From Ignavibacteriota bacterium (GTDB lineage: Bacteria; Bacteroidota; Ignavibacteria; UBA10030; UBA6906): DNA of 64,000 bases. This document shows positions 10,446-20,834 of this stretch, piece by piece; position 1 is the first letter of the stretch, and each line of letters opens with the position of its first letter. The stretch covers positions 1,184,001-1,248,000 of the forward strand of contig CAWDEM010000004.1 of NCBI GenBank assembly GCA_963801355.1, given 5' to 3'. The position numbers were made by a program, and so were the translations under genes. Below the pieces are notes generated by a model. It had not been told where the DNA came from and searched no databases. It was given only the letters and a program-made list of their open reading frames with translations.

Positions 10446-11452
10446 TGGCTAAGATCCGGGGAGATCAATTGCTTGATCTCCGGCTGGTTCATATTTGCCG
10501 GCGTGACCAGCGTGACGCCGGTATCCACTTTGCGCTCGACTTTTTCTCCACGGATGTGCTTGACGACTGTTGTCACGCCGTCATAGCCCATGCGGAAGGG
10601 ATTCTGAAGCACCAGGGCATTGATGTGATTGTTCTGGAGCGCTTCCACGAGCTTTGTGGAGCTGTCGAACCCCACAAAGAAGACCTGTCCTGCACAGCCG
10701 GCATCCTGGAGGGCACGCAGCATCCCGAAAGTGGTCGATTCATTCACAGCAAAGATGCCGTCGATGGACAGCCTGCCGACGGAAACCTTCAGCGGTGCGA
10801 GGAGGTTTTCCGATGCCCTGTAGGCCGTTTCCACGGTTGGACCGCCGTATTGATTGGCACTCACGATTGTGATGTCGGGGTACTCCTTCATGGCATCAAG
10901 AAATCCGCGCTCACGGTTGTCCGTACTCGCAGATCCCTCCATGCAGCGCAGCATGATGACCCTGCCCTTGTTGCCGCACAGCCGTGCAAGTTCACGGCCG
11001 CCCATGACGCCTCCCAGGTGATTGTCGGTGGCCACGAAGCTCACGTAGTCGTCGCTTTTCAGATCGGAGTCGATGATGACGACCGGTATGCCGGCGCTGG
11101 TGGCATTTGCGACAGGGGCACGCAGGGCGATATCATCGAGGGGGGCAAGCACCATGCCTGCGACGCCGCGGCTGATGAAATCTTCCACCACGGAAATCTG
11201 CTGATCACGGTCATCCTCCCGTAACGGCCCTTTCCAGATGATGTCCACGTTGAGTTCGCGCGACGCCTTGATTGCTCCGGCGTGGATCGATTTCCAGAAT
11301 TCATGCGTCGTGCCTTTGGGAATGACCGCGATGGTGGTCTGTTTTGTCGTTCCCTGTTTCCCGCAGGAGAGGGATGACAATGCCATCAGGAGGGCGAGGC
11401 CGAGGGCGAGACCGGGAACAGGACCGGGACCAGGACGGAGAATGCTCTTCAT
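10433..11452 (-). CDS. Sugar ABC transporter substrate-binding lipoprotein (RbsB-like)
   Basis: Lipobox LSSLSC; IAVIPKGTTHEFW, VATDN, VGFD and QNPFRMGY periplasmic binding protein motifs. Confidence 0.92.
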   Translation of the reverse strand: MKSILRPGPGPVPGLALGLALLMALSSLSCGKQGTTKQTTIAVIPKGTTHEFWKSIHAGAIKASRELNVDIIWKGPLREDDRDQQISVVEDFISRGVAGMVLAPLDDIALRAPVANATSAGIPVVIIDSDLKSDDYVSFVATDNHLGGVMGGRELARLCGNKGRVIMLRCMEGSASTDNRERGFLDAMKEYPDITIVSANQYGGPTVETAYRASENLLAPLKVSVGRLSIDGIFAVNESTTFGMLRALQDAGCAGQVFFVGFDSSTKLVEALQNNHINALVLQNPFRMGYDGVTTVVKHIRGEKVERKVDTGVTLVTPANMNQPEIKQLISPDLSQWLQ

Positions 11453-11498
11453 GGAAATCCTTTCGGAGAAAATCATGCGACGGAGAATAGCCGCTTGC

Positions 11499-11954
11499 TC
11501 AACCGTTCATGAGATACGTGACCACTGCGGCCACATACGCGGCAAGGCCGATGACCAACAACGCCAGCTCCACAAAATAGAGTTTGGTCTTCCCATTGCG
11601 GTAGCGGATGATCCGGGAAATTGTGAGTTCGGGTGTCTCCTCGTCGAACTGTGTCGTCCACCGGATACGCAAACCACCGAGGAGAAGGATGATCATGCCG
11701 GCGAGGACAAAGACGATGCCGAACGCCAGACTGTAGCGCGCGAAGTCGTTCGTCTGTGCGATTTTCGGCCCTGAAAATCCCGTGATGGTGAGGACCAGGG
11801 TGGAGAGTGTCAGCAAGAGTTGTGATCGACCCTGGATCACATCGAAATGGTGCCGGAGGAACTCCATAGATCTGCCGAGGCTCTCCGGTCCGCCCATCAT
11901 GGCCAGAATGTTGCGTGCCTCTTCATCGGGTGTGAGCGGACGGTATCGCTTCAT
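11499..11954 (-). CDS. Small 3-TM membrane protein of unknown function
   Basis: 151 aa with three hydrophobic helices; translationally coupled (ATGA overlap) to the GH47 gene. Confidence 0.75.
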   Translation of the reverse strand: MKRYRPLTPDEEARNILAMMGGPESLGRSMEFLRHHFDVIQGRSQLLLTLSTLVLTITGFSGPKIAQTNDFARYSLAFGIVFVLAGMIILLLGGLRIRWTTQFDEETPELTISRIIRYRNGKTKLYFVELALLVIGLAAYVAAVVTYLMNG

Positions 11955-13318
11955 GGTTTCCAGGTCCTGCGAATTGGGTGCGCTTCGGTGTTGAAAATCA
12001 CGTTGTCGAAGTCCAGTGTCTCCGGCGGTGCAAACAGCAGATAGAGATACTTGAGCGTTTCGGCGAGGAAGTAGCTCTCCATCCTGTCGGATTTCTCCTT
12101 GGTCACGACGTTCTTGATCTCCGCGTAGCCGCCCTCCACGCGACAGTAGGTCTTCAAACTGTCCAGAAAGACCTTGCCCATTTCGAGGTAGCGCACATCT
12201 CCGGTTTTCCGGAACAAGGTATATGCCGACTCCATGATTTCGGGATTCAGAAAGAAACGCGGGGCCACGGCTTCGTCTTTGATGTAATCAAACTGTTCCG
12301 GCTCGAGACCATGCCTGTTCCACATATGGAAACATGATTCCTGGAGTTCCGCCGCCCGGCGTGTTTCGCCCGCAAGCGCCAGGACGGCGGGGAAAAACGC
12401 ATCGAGTGCGCCGAACCAGGTTTTCGTGCGTTTGCCGGTGTTCATGTCCGCATGACCGTACCACACGCCTGATGCCGTGGAGTCCACGAGATACCTGGTG
12501 AGCACGCTGTCGGACATTTTCCACATCACTTTGCAGTTTTCATCATTGAACAGGAGCGCGCACTTCACCATATATTCATAGTAGGAGTCAATGCACGCAG
12601 TGATGTGGCTGTCGGTTTTCAACCATTCGCCTGTCTCGCAATCGATCTGCTCGCCGACAAGACCAAGTTCGGACCGGGCCTCGAACACGTTGATAAACGC
12701 ATGCTTTGCATAGTGGTAGTATTTCATGTCACCGGTCAGCATGCTGAGTGTGCCAAACTCGACCAGCAGTGTGCCTACTTCGCCGGGATTCGTTTTCGTT
12801 CCGCGCACATCCCCGGTCCTCAGATTCACCTCCACATAGGGAAGTCCTGTCGGGGAAACAAATGCGGGGATGAGGCGATCGCCAAGATCCTTGGCCAGCA
12901 TGAGCAGCCGGCTGTCGCCCGTGAGCTGGTAATTGGAGAGCAGCCCTCCCAGCATGCGTATGTTGATTTCGAACACCTTGACGTAGATGTCATGGTCAAA
13001 TGTGAGATTGCGGACAATGAATTCGCGCGTGCTGTCGGCTTCGTCCTTCAACCCCATAAGGAACATGGTATCCATCGCATCCAGAGGTGTCAGATAGAGA
13101 GGAGCGGTATACCAGTCATAGGGTGTCTTGCTGAGGGGTCGAAGTCCGTCATGACCCCAGGCATATGTCTTGTAGGAATTCCACGCATGCAGGAATTCAC
13201 TCTTGACCTCTGCGGCGAGGGCCGCTCTGTCGACCGGACCGGGTTGTGCGGAAGTGGAGGAACACACAAGGGTGAGCAGAAATACACATATCCAAAGTAC
13301 CGCGACGAGGTGGCGCAT
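11951..13318 (-). CDS. Secreted GH47 alpha-1,2-mannosidase-like protein
   Basis: HAWNSYKTYAWGHD, VFEINIRMLGGLLS, DSYYEY, MESYFLAETLKYLYLLF and FNTEAHP motifs; signal peptide. Confidence 0.93.
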   Translation of the reverse strand: MRHLVAVLWICVFLLTLVCSSTSAQPGPVDRAALAAEVKSEFLHAWNSYKTYAWGHDGLRPLSKTPYDWYTAPLYLTPLDAMDTMFLMGLKDEADSTREFIVRNLTFDHDIYVKVFEINIRMLGGLLSNYQLTGDSRLLMLAKDLGDRLIPAFVSPTGLPYVEVNLRTGDVRGTKTNPGEVGTLLVEFGTLSMLTGDMKYYHYAKHAFINVFEARSELGLVGEQIDCETGEWLKTDSHITACIDSYYEYMVKCALLFNDENCKVMWKMSDSVLTRYLVDSTASGVWYGHADMNTGKRTKTWFGALDAFFPAVLALAGETRRAAELQESCFHMWNRHGLEPEQFDYIKDEAVAPRFFLNPEIMESAYTLFRKTGDVRYLEMGKVFLDSLKTYCRVEGGYAEIKNVVTKEKSDRMESYFLAETLKYLYLLFAPPETLDFDNVIFNTEAHPIRRTWKP

Positions 13319-13393
13319 GGGTTCTCCAGGTAGAGGACAATTGCTTATGAAAATATACGCAAAGAAAGTGACTCTCGAAATGGATGAGCTGCA

Positions 13394-15988
13394 TCAGCCG
13401 GGACGTGTCAGCACGAGCCGGAAGCCTTTCTCCGATGCAAACCGGAGAATGTCGGGGGCATCTTTCCCCAGGCGCAGCACGTATCCTGCCTGCTTGAGCT
13501 GGCGGAGATGCAATTCCACCATCCCCTGTGCAGCTCCACCCGACATGGGGCTCACAACGATCGTGGCGCGTGATTCGTCGGGAGCAATATCGAGCCGGGC
13601 CGTGCATCGTCCGAAGAGCGTCGGAATGCCCCTGACCTCAAGATGCCTGCCCGCCCGGTACCATCGTGCCGGCACGCCGGCGAGAAGACACATCGTGCTG
13701 TCACGCTCGAGCACGATCAGACGCCGGACAAGCTGGATGAACAGGGCGCTCGCCGTGGCATTGGACCCGTCTCCCGTTGTTCTCGTGCCCAACTCGCGCG
13801 GGAGCTGTTCTTCGACCCAGGTCCACGCAGGGGACGCATGATTGGCAACCGCGTACAGAAGTGCCACAGCGTCGTCGTTCTCCTCTTCAGAGAGGTGAGC
13901 AATGGCCTCCAGGGTTCCGAAGAACGGCCAGAGGCCATTGGACAGCCAACCGGTGTTGGGAGGGAGGCCCTCAAGGGTTTCAGCCCGGAGCATGTGCAAT
14001 GTACCGAGGACAAGCGTGTCACCGGGCGCAAAAAAGTGTCCGATGCCTTGCGCATCAAGCATCCCCCAGTTTGCCCGTTGAGGTGGAGTGGTTGATGAAG
14101 TATCGCCGACTTTCATCGGGAGATAGAGATTGCCGAACCGGTCGGTGCGTTGGTCGCGTGTTGCGGTCTTGCGGAACGCCATGAGAAGCTCTCTGGCATA
14201 CTCATTCCAGCGCACTGCATCGTCATTGTGGCCGAGCCAGTGCGCTGCCTGTACCGCTGACGAGAGGCCGACAAGTCCCCAGTACACGCTCCCGTATTCC
14301 GGTTCGAGTCCGGCCAGTCCGCCGTCTGCAAAACCAGGAGGAAAGAGTCCGTATGATACGTCACCCGGATTCTTCAACGTCGTACTCCGGAGATTCCACA
14401 GCCACCGCACGCCGCTTTGCACCCCCGGCCATCGCCGTTCGAGCCACGGTTTGTCGTTGGCGAGGCGCGCATAAGTGTGCATGAGAAACAGCACAAGCGG
14501 TGTTTCCCGGTTCATCGGGTACGGTGCCATGACCTCGATCCGGCCGTCGCGTTGCTGATACGTGAGGATGCCTTCGACGCATGCACGCACTGCTGATGCA
14601 TCGCCAAGCATGAGGGCGGCCAGGTTATGCCACACCGCGTCATGAACCCAGAGTCCGCGATAGACGCTGGGACCCGGCTGAAACTGCATCCGACCGTTTA
14701 CCGTATCCGCGATCGCATAGAGATTGCGGATATTTGCATCGAGCAACGCTTGCAGCGCACTGTCGGGCAGGAGGATGCGGTCATAGGGGAGACCATTTTG
14801 CTGTTGCCAGAACAGGCGCGCAATCTCCAGTGCCGCATGAACGGATGCAGCGGTGACATCTTCAACGCGCTCGGTCGCGCCGTGCGACACGATTGCGGCT
14901 GCTTCGGTGGTGCCCCTGGGAAATTCGAGAATCAACGCATCGGCTGTGCGTTGTGCCGCCACGGCCGCGGGAACGGTGCGGACATAGGGATGCCCGAGCG
15001 TAAGCACCGAACCCGTGACGTCGTCAAATTCCAGCGGTCGTCGTGTGCGGATGATGAGTGTCGGGACAACCGTGTCGCCCGGAAATGTACCGAGCAGGGC
15101 GTCCTCACGCAGTACCTCGGATTGAGCGTCGCGCTCCGTGCCGCACCGCCAGTAAAGCTCAGCACTGTCCGTCAGGCCCCCACGGATGACTGCATCGTCG
15201 TCGACAGCCGTATCGTTGGCGAACATCCAGATGGCATTCAGGATCACGTTCGGGTCAGGACTGGACATCGACGCATGGACTTCGATGTCCAGCCATCCGT
15301 TGTTGTCAACGTCGCATGCGGCGAACCGATACACGTACGGAATATTAGTTTTGCCGTCGCGCACCGGGTCGGCGATTGCATCACCGCTCCCTTCGACGCG
15401 GAAGACAAGTGTTCGTAGGCCGGGCTGAGTCTTGTAGGGTTCGCAGAGACCGAGGATAACCAGGTGCGAGCTCCCGGGATCGACCCGGGCACGGTATTTC
15501 AGTGGTCTGTTGACCCCCCATGCGGCCCCGCGGAAGGCCGGATCTGCATACTCCGGGGGAGAGGCCCACGACGAACAACCGGCAAGTCCATCCAGCCGCT
15601 CGAGTCTTCCGCCAAGAAACACGCGTTGGGGAATCCTGGGACCCGTCGGTACGACTGCGAAAATCTTCTGGTGTACGGTGAGGTCGTCATCGCTCAGGAC
15701 CGCGCTCGCAATCGGCACCCGGGGACCCTCGAGGAACACAGTGTCAGGTCGGAGCTGACGGCCCTGCACGCCGAACGTGATCTCCGAGAGTGGACGGGCG
15801 TACGGGCCGGGCGCAAAGTCATCTCCGAGCGTTCCCTGGCTCGTGACCACGCTCTTGTGCCAATCTCCCGGAAAACATATTGCCGTGAACCAGGAGGCAG
15901 GTGCATAGCGGAAATCGATTTCGCGTGATTGTCCCCTCAGAGGCGTCCCCGCGAGCACAAGGAGACTCAAGAGCATTATCCGTCGCAT
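13394..15988 (-). CDS. Secreted unclassified (alpha/alpha)6 glycoside hydrolase-like protein, paralog A
   Basis: Signal peptide; malectin-like insert ending ILNAIWMF; QPGPSVYRGLWVHD six-hairpin motif; C-terminal LLAGVPARW...PTLFG beta domain like that of GH95/GH65-type enzymes. Confidence 0.7.
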   Translation of the reverse strand: MRRIMLLSLLVLAGTPLRGQSREIDFRYAPASWFTAICFPGDWHKSVVTSQGTLGDDFAPGPYARPLSEITFGVQGRQLRPDTVFLEGPRVPIASAVLSDDDLTVHQKIFAVVPTGPRIPQRVFLGGRLERLDGLAGCSSWASPPEYADPAFRGAAWGVNRPLKYRARVDPGSSHLVILGLCEPYKTQPGLRTLVFRVEGSGDAIADPVRDGKTNIPYVYRFAACDVDNNGWLDIEVHASMSSPDPNVILNAIWMFANDTAVDDDAVIRGGLTDSAELYWRCGTERDAQSEVLREDALLGTFPGDTVVPTLIIRTRRPLEFDDVTGSVLTLGHPYVRTVPAAVAAQRTADALILEFPRGTTEAAAIVSHGATERVEDVTAASVHAALEIARLFWQQQNGLPYDRILLPDSALQALLDANIRNLYAIADTVNGRMQFQPGPSVYRGLWVHDAVWHNLAALMLGDASAVRACVEGILTYQQRDGRIEVMAPYPMNRETPLVLFLMHTYARLANDKPWLERRWPGVQSGVRWLWNLRSTTLKNPGDVSYGLFPPGFADGGLAGLEPEYGSVYWGLVGLSSAVQAAHWLGHNDDAVRWNEYARELLMAFRKTATRDQRTDRFGNLYLPMKVGDTSSTTPPQRANWGMLDAQGIGHFFAPGDTLVLGTLHMLRAETLEGLPPNTGWLSNGLWPFFGTLEAIAHLSEEENDDAVALLYAVANHASPAWTWVEEQLPRELGTRTTGDGSNATASALFIQLVRRLIVLERDSTMCLLAGVPARWYRAGRHLEVRGIPTLFGRCTARLDIAPDESRATIVVSPMSGGAAQGMVELHLRQLKQAGYVLRLGKDAPDILRFASEKGFRLVLTRPG

Positions 15989-15992
15989 CTGT

Positions 15993-18619
15993 TCACCGTC
16001 GGTTCAGTGTACGTTGATACGTTGACCCCCAGGGCAGATCGACTGCAGGCGGTAGCCTAGCCCCATCGGCAGAGTGAAAGCCGGCACGAATGAGCGGGGC
16101 AAGATCAAGTGTTATTCTTCCGCCTTGCCCGTGAGCTCGTGTTGTCCGGATGTCAAGCGTCAGACCGGTCCCATCGGATGACACTTCCAGAACCAGGGAA
16201 ACCGGACCCCGGCGGGTCAGCAGACCATCCACCGAAACCACGGATCCCGGCCGCAGCCAGGAATCGGGGATGCCTGCGCAAAGAATGACTCTCTCGGAGC
16301 GTTCCAGCACGAGCAACGAGCCGAGCGCCTGCACGAACAGGGCGGATGCCTCGGCATTTGACCCATCCCCCGTCGTCCGTGTCCCCCGGTGCGCAACTGC
16401 TGCTCTTCCATCCATGTCGCCAGTGGGCATGCATGATCGGCAACCGCAGAGAGGATGTTCCACGCCTGGGTGCTGTTGCCGGCAAGAAGGTGCGCCGTGG
16501 AGTGCACGTTGCCCAGCCATGGCCACACTCCGTCATGCAGCCATCCGCTGCCCAAGATCAAACCTTCCGCACTATGCGCGTCGAGCATGGCCAGGTTGCC
16601 CCTGAGAATCGTTTGCATGAGTGTGTCGGGGGCGAAGAAGAAGTTGCCGTAAGGAAGGGGAAGGAGGAAAGCATACTGTCCGCGCTGGGGCGGAATAGTC
16701 CGGTCTGTTTCCGCCACGGTGATAGGAAGGTATCGATGGCCGAGCGAATCCTCCCGCATGTCCCGGCCGGCGGCCGTGCGGAATGACGTTGTGAACCCCT
16801 CGAGGAGACCACTCCATTGGTCCGCTTCGCTCTCCCTGCCGATATCCCGCGCCGCCTGGATGGCATGTTCCAGCGCGACCATTGCCCACCAGAGCGAACC
16901 GTAGTCGGCGGCCCGGTGCGAAATGCCGCCGTCAACGAATCCCGGCGGAAGCAGACCGGCGTAGGCGGCTCCGGGTTCATCCAGCGTCCGCATCCGCGCC
17001 GATGCAATCCAGCGCACGCCCTGTTGGAGAATCGGCCAGTTGTGTGTGAGCCACCCCGGGTTATCTGCCGTGCGGGCATAACGGCACATCATGGTGAGGA
17101 ATACCGGTGTTTCATTGAGCGCCTCCGAGGGGTAGAGGCTGCGGAACTGGCCCGTCGGCAACTGGCTCCGGAATCCGGCTTCGAGTGCTGACCGCACGGA
17201 AGCGGTGTCGCCGAACGTCAGGGATGTGTTGCCGGAGACCAGGACATCGGCGAGCCACAACCCGCGGTACACCGTCGGGCCCGGCTGATACTGGAGAAAA
17301 CCGTCCACCTTCTCCCGAACCTGGTAGATATTGCGCACCGAGGCATCCAGGAGGTACTGCATGCGCGCATCGGGTACGCGGATACGCATGCGGGGGACGG
17401 GCGCCTCGTGCTGCCAGTATGCGTTGCAGCGTTCTTCTTCATCGCGGAGGTCAGGTACATGCACGCGGGTGTCTGTGCCGACCGAGCCGTGCATCACGAC
17501 GATCTCCGCGCGGCGCGATCCGCGAGGGAGGAAGAGCAGCAGCGTGTCGCCATGCCAGGATGCGGAATCCGCTTCCGGCCGGCTGGCAAGGAACGGCCGG
17601 CCTTGCCACCGGACCCGGTGCGTCGCCGCATCAAAGACCAGCGGCCGGCGCGTTCTGATCCGGATGACCGGGGTGACATTTCTTCCCTCGAACGTGGCAA
17701 GGAGTGCGTCGGTCCGCATGCCCGTGACGAGTTCCGTGAGTTCCGTCCCGCAGCTCCAATGCATTTGCGCGTGTGCGGAGGCCCTGCCATTCACCAGATC
17801 GCCGGGCGTCACCTGGGCGTCCGCGGGAAATACCCAGAACGTGTTAAGAATGATGTTGGGATCCGGCGAGCGCGGTGATGGATGAACGGTGATCGTCAAG
17901 ACACCATCGTAGTTCACGTCATGGCCGGCAGTCAGGAGCACGACCGGCTGATTTCGCTTTCCGCCGGCCATCGGGTCTACGTCGCGCAGTGTATCGCCCT
18001 CGACCTCGGCGGTCATGATTCGTGCACCGGCTGTAGACTTGTACGATTCGCAGAAACCCAGCGCAATGAGCCTGCGGCTTCCCGGCTCAACGCGCACTGA
18101 ATACCGGAGAGGTCTGTTTGTGCCCCAGGCGACATTTGCAAACGAAGGGTCTGTGCCGGCCGGTGGGGTGGCCCATCCGTAAGCGCCGTTGAGGCCTCCT
18201 GTTCGCATCACCCGCGCGTCGCTGCGTGGGGTATGGGCGGCTGTTGTCTCACGCGGGATCAGTGTGAATGCATGTACGATGCACACTGCTGTTTCCGTGG
18301 AGAGACGTGTCGCGACAATCGGCACAGAAGCATCGGGAAGCCACTGGCGTATCGCGGGACGGTTGCCCTCCAGCGTGCCGACTAGAACTTCCGTCAGCGG
18401 GAATGCGTACGGACCCGGGCCGAAATCATACGCGAGCGAACCTGTCTCGGTGACAAGAGGTTTGTGCCAATCGTCAACGAGGCCGATGGCTGCGAGGTGA
18501 CGTGCGGGGGCGAAGGGAAACCAGGTAGAGTCCGCCGGTTGAGAGAACAACGGCGGAAAAGTACCGGAAAGAGCAGCGATGAGAAGTATGGTGCGTAGCG
18601 GCATGATGATATGGTTCAT
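15993..18619 (-). CDS. Secreted unclassified (alpha/alpha)6 glycoside hydrolase-like protein, paralog B (frameshift near 16390)
   Basis: Colinear with paralog A (DWHK, DFxPGPYAxPL, AWGxNRPL, QPGPxVYRGLW, GLxPPGFxDGG). The C-terminus GTRTTGDGSNA continues in ORF 15993-16526. Confidence 0.7.
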
Positions 18620-18694
18620 CGTTCGCGGGTGTGACCTGTATCCGGAGATGAAGGAAGCGTCAGCCACATCCGCAGTGCAGCGCGTCCGGCTATT

Positions 18695-20056
18695 TCACTG
18701 TCTCCAGTGGAGTTCGATTTCTTCGAGAGTCTTTCCCTTCGTTTCCGGCAAGAACAGCCACGTAACGATCACCATGACGGCGCAGAAAAACGCATAGAGC
18801 CAGAACGGAAACGCGTGCCGGAACGTCGCGACCAGCCAGGGGTCTTCGTTGATGACGGGGAATGTCTGCGAAACCGCGAAGTTCGCGGCCCAGAGGAGCA
18901 GAGTGGCTATTGCCATAGCACGCCCGCGGAGCCGGGTGGGATAGATTTCTGACAGAACGACCCAGACAACCGGGCCCATTGAGAGTGCGAAGCAGGCAAT
19001 GTAACCCAGGACGAAAATGAGGACCCACCCATGGGTCGTCTCATAGAACGCCGCAAGGCCGAGCCCGATAAGGGAGAGACCCATGCCGGAGGCGCCGGTG
19101 ATCAGGAGCGGTTTGCGGCCGATACGGTCGACGGTCCAGATGGCGACCACGGTAAATGTGACGTTGAAAGCCCCCACGACAACAGTCTGGAGAAGCGCAC
19201 TATCGGTTCCGGCGCCCATCTGCTTGAATATTTCCGGCGCGTAGTACATGAATACATTGATGCCGGTGATTTGCTGCAGAATGGCGAGAGCGATGCCGAG
19301 AGCGAGAGCTATGCCCATTCCGGGCGACATGAGCCCCGCCGCAGCGTGAGTCGTTTCAGCAAGTGTCGCTTTGATTGCTGCGACTTCTGTGCGGGCTTCG
19401 GCGGGAGCACTGAGGCGTGAGAGGATTTCCAATGCACGCTCATCATGGCCCTGCTTGACGAGCCAGCGCGGACTTTCTGGAATCGCGAGGAGCGCGAGGA
19501 AGAACAACAGCGCCGGGAGTGTCTCCGAGCCGAACATCCACCGCCATCCAGTGGTGATATTCCACGGGTTATCACCGAGGCCGGCGATGAAATAGTTGAC
19601 GAAATAGACGAGCAGGATGCCACTCACGATCGCAAATTGGTTATAGGAAACGAGTCGGCCGCGAATACCTGCAGGAGCAATCTCCGCAATGTACAGCGGC
19701 GAGAGCAGGGACGCCATGCCGACCCCGATGCCGCCGATAATGCGCGCAACATTGAACTCGATGAGCGTGCGGGGAACGGCTGAACCGATGGCGGATATGG
19801 TGAACAACACGGCAGAGAACAGGAGGGCACGTTTGCGGCCGAACCTGTCGCTGAGTGGCCCGGCGACCCCCGCGCCGAGGATGCACCCGAGAAGAGCGCT
19901 GGATGCGGCGAATCCGGTTTCCGCCGGGCCCAGATTGAAGTACGAGCGCAAGAAACCAATGGCACCGGAGATGACAGCCGTGTCGTAGCCGAAAAGCAGA
20001 CCGCCGAGGGCGGCGACGACGCTCAATGATGTTGCGTAGGCGGCGGGTTTCATCAT
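18695..20056 (-). CDS. MFS sugar porter (XylE/GalP-like)
   Basis: LGGLLFGYDTAVISGA, DRFGRK, PESPRWL, QQITGIN and PETKGKTLEEI motifs. Confidence 0.95.
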   Translation of the reverse strand: MMKPAAYATSLSVVAALGGLLFGYDTAVISGAIGFLRSYFNLGPAETGFAASSALLGCILGAGVAGPLSDRFGRKRALLFSAVLFTISAIGSAVPRTLIEFNVARIIGGIGVGMASLLSPLYIAEIAPAGIRGRLVSYNQFAIVSGILLVYFVNYFIAGLGDNPWNITTGWRWMFGSETLPALLFFLALLAIPESPRWLVKQGHDERALEILSRLSAPAEARTEVAAIKATLAETTHAAAGLMSPGMGIALALGIALAILQQITGINVFMYYAPEIFKQMGAGTDSALLQTVVVGAFNVTFTVVAIWTVDRIGRKPLLITGASGMGLSLIGLGLAAFYETTHGWVLIFVLGYIACFALSMGPVVWVVLSEIYPTRLRGRAMAIATLLLWAANFAVSQTFPVINEDPWLVATFRHAFPFWLYAFFCAVMVIVTWLFLPETKGKTLEEIELHWRQ

Positions 20057-20063
20057 GTCGGGG

Positions 20064-20834
20064 TCATTCCTTCTCGTACATATCCGCAGCATCGGTCCGG
20101 GCGAGTTCCAGAAGGAATCCGGCGACCTTCGATGTGACAGCGGCAAAGTAACGGGCACCTTTTGCGGCGGTTGCCGCCCCGGGGTCTCCCGTGCCTGTAT
20201 CGTCAGTGACCCGCGTCCACTCACGCGGTGTCCACGCCCATCCTTCGCGGAAGGCGGTAACAGTCATCCGGTGTTCCTTTCCCTTGCCCGCCTCGGTCAG
20301 GGGAAGCACGAGATCCGGGGCGAGGAACATCATGAGACTCGTTTCCATTTCGTCGGCATGATCCCCCGGGACATCGAAAAAGTCTTTCAGAGGAACAGAG
20401 CGAAACCAGTTTACCGATGCCAGGAACATCGTGTGCCGCAAGCTGAGTTCCCGGATCATCCATCGGAAGTCGTTCCCGCCATGGCCGTTCAGGATAACAA
20501 GCCGCGGGATACGATGATGTTCAAGGGACGTCACGACATCCTCGAGCACCGCCAGTTGGGTGCTCGGATTCATATTCACGGTGAGCGGGATATTCAGTTG
20601 TCCTGTGTTGACGCCGAAAGGAATTGTCGGGAGAAGAATCGTTCGTGCCCCGCCTGCAGAGGCGAGGCGCACGGCTTCACGGCCGATCCTGTCCGTCTCG
20701 ATGATATCGGTGCCGTAGGGGAGATGGAGATTGTGTGGTTCAGTTGCAGCCCATGGGAGTACGGCAATCTGGTACTCAGCAAGTCTGAGATCGCGATACG
20801 GGGCTTCAGCAAGGATGTTGGGTTGATCAGTCAC
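20064..20834 (-). CDS. Creatininase-family amidohydrolase (putative N-deacylase)
   Basis: TEPHNLHLPYGTD, NGHGGN and DHADEMETS metal-binding motifs; GTG start overlaps the AGE stop. Confidence 0.9.
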   Translation of the reverse strand: MTDQPNILAEAPYRDLRLAEYQIAVLPWAATEPHNLHLPYGTDIIETDRIGREAVRLASAGGARTILLPTIPFGVNTGQLNIPLTVNMNPSTQLAVLEDVVTSLEHHRIPRLVILNGHGGNDFRWMIRELSLRHTMFLASVNWFRSVPLKDFFDVPGDHADEMETSLMMFLAPDLVLPLTEAGKGKEHRMTVTAFREGWAWTPREWTRVTDDTGTGDPGAATAAKGARYFAAVTSKVAGFLLELARTDAADMYEKE

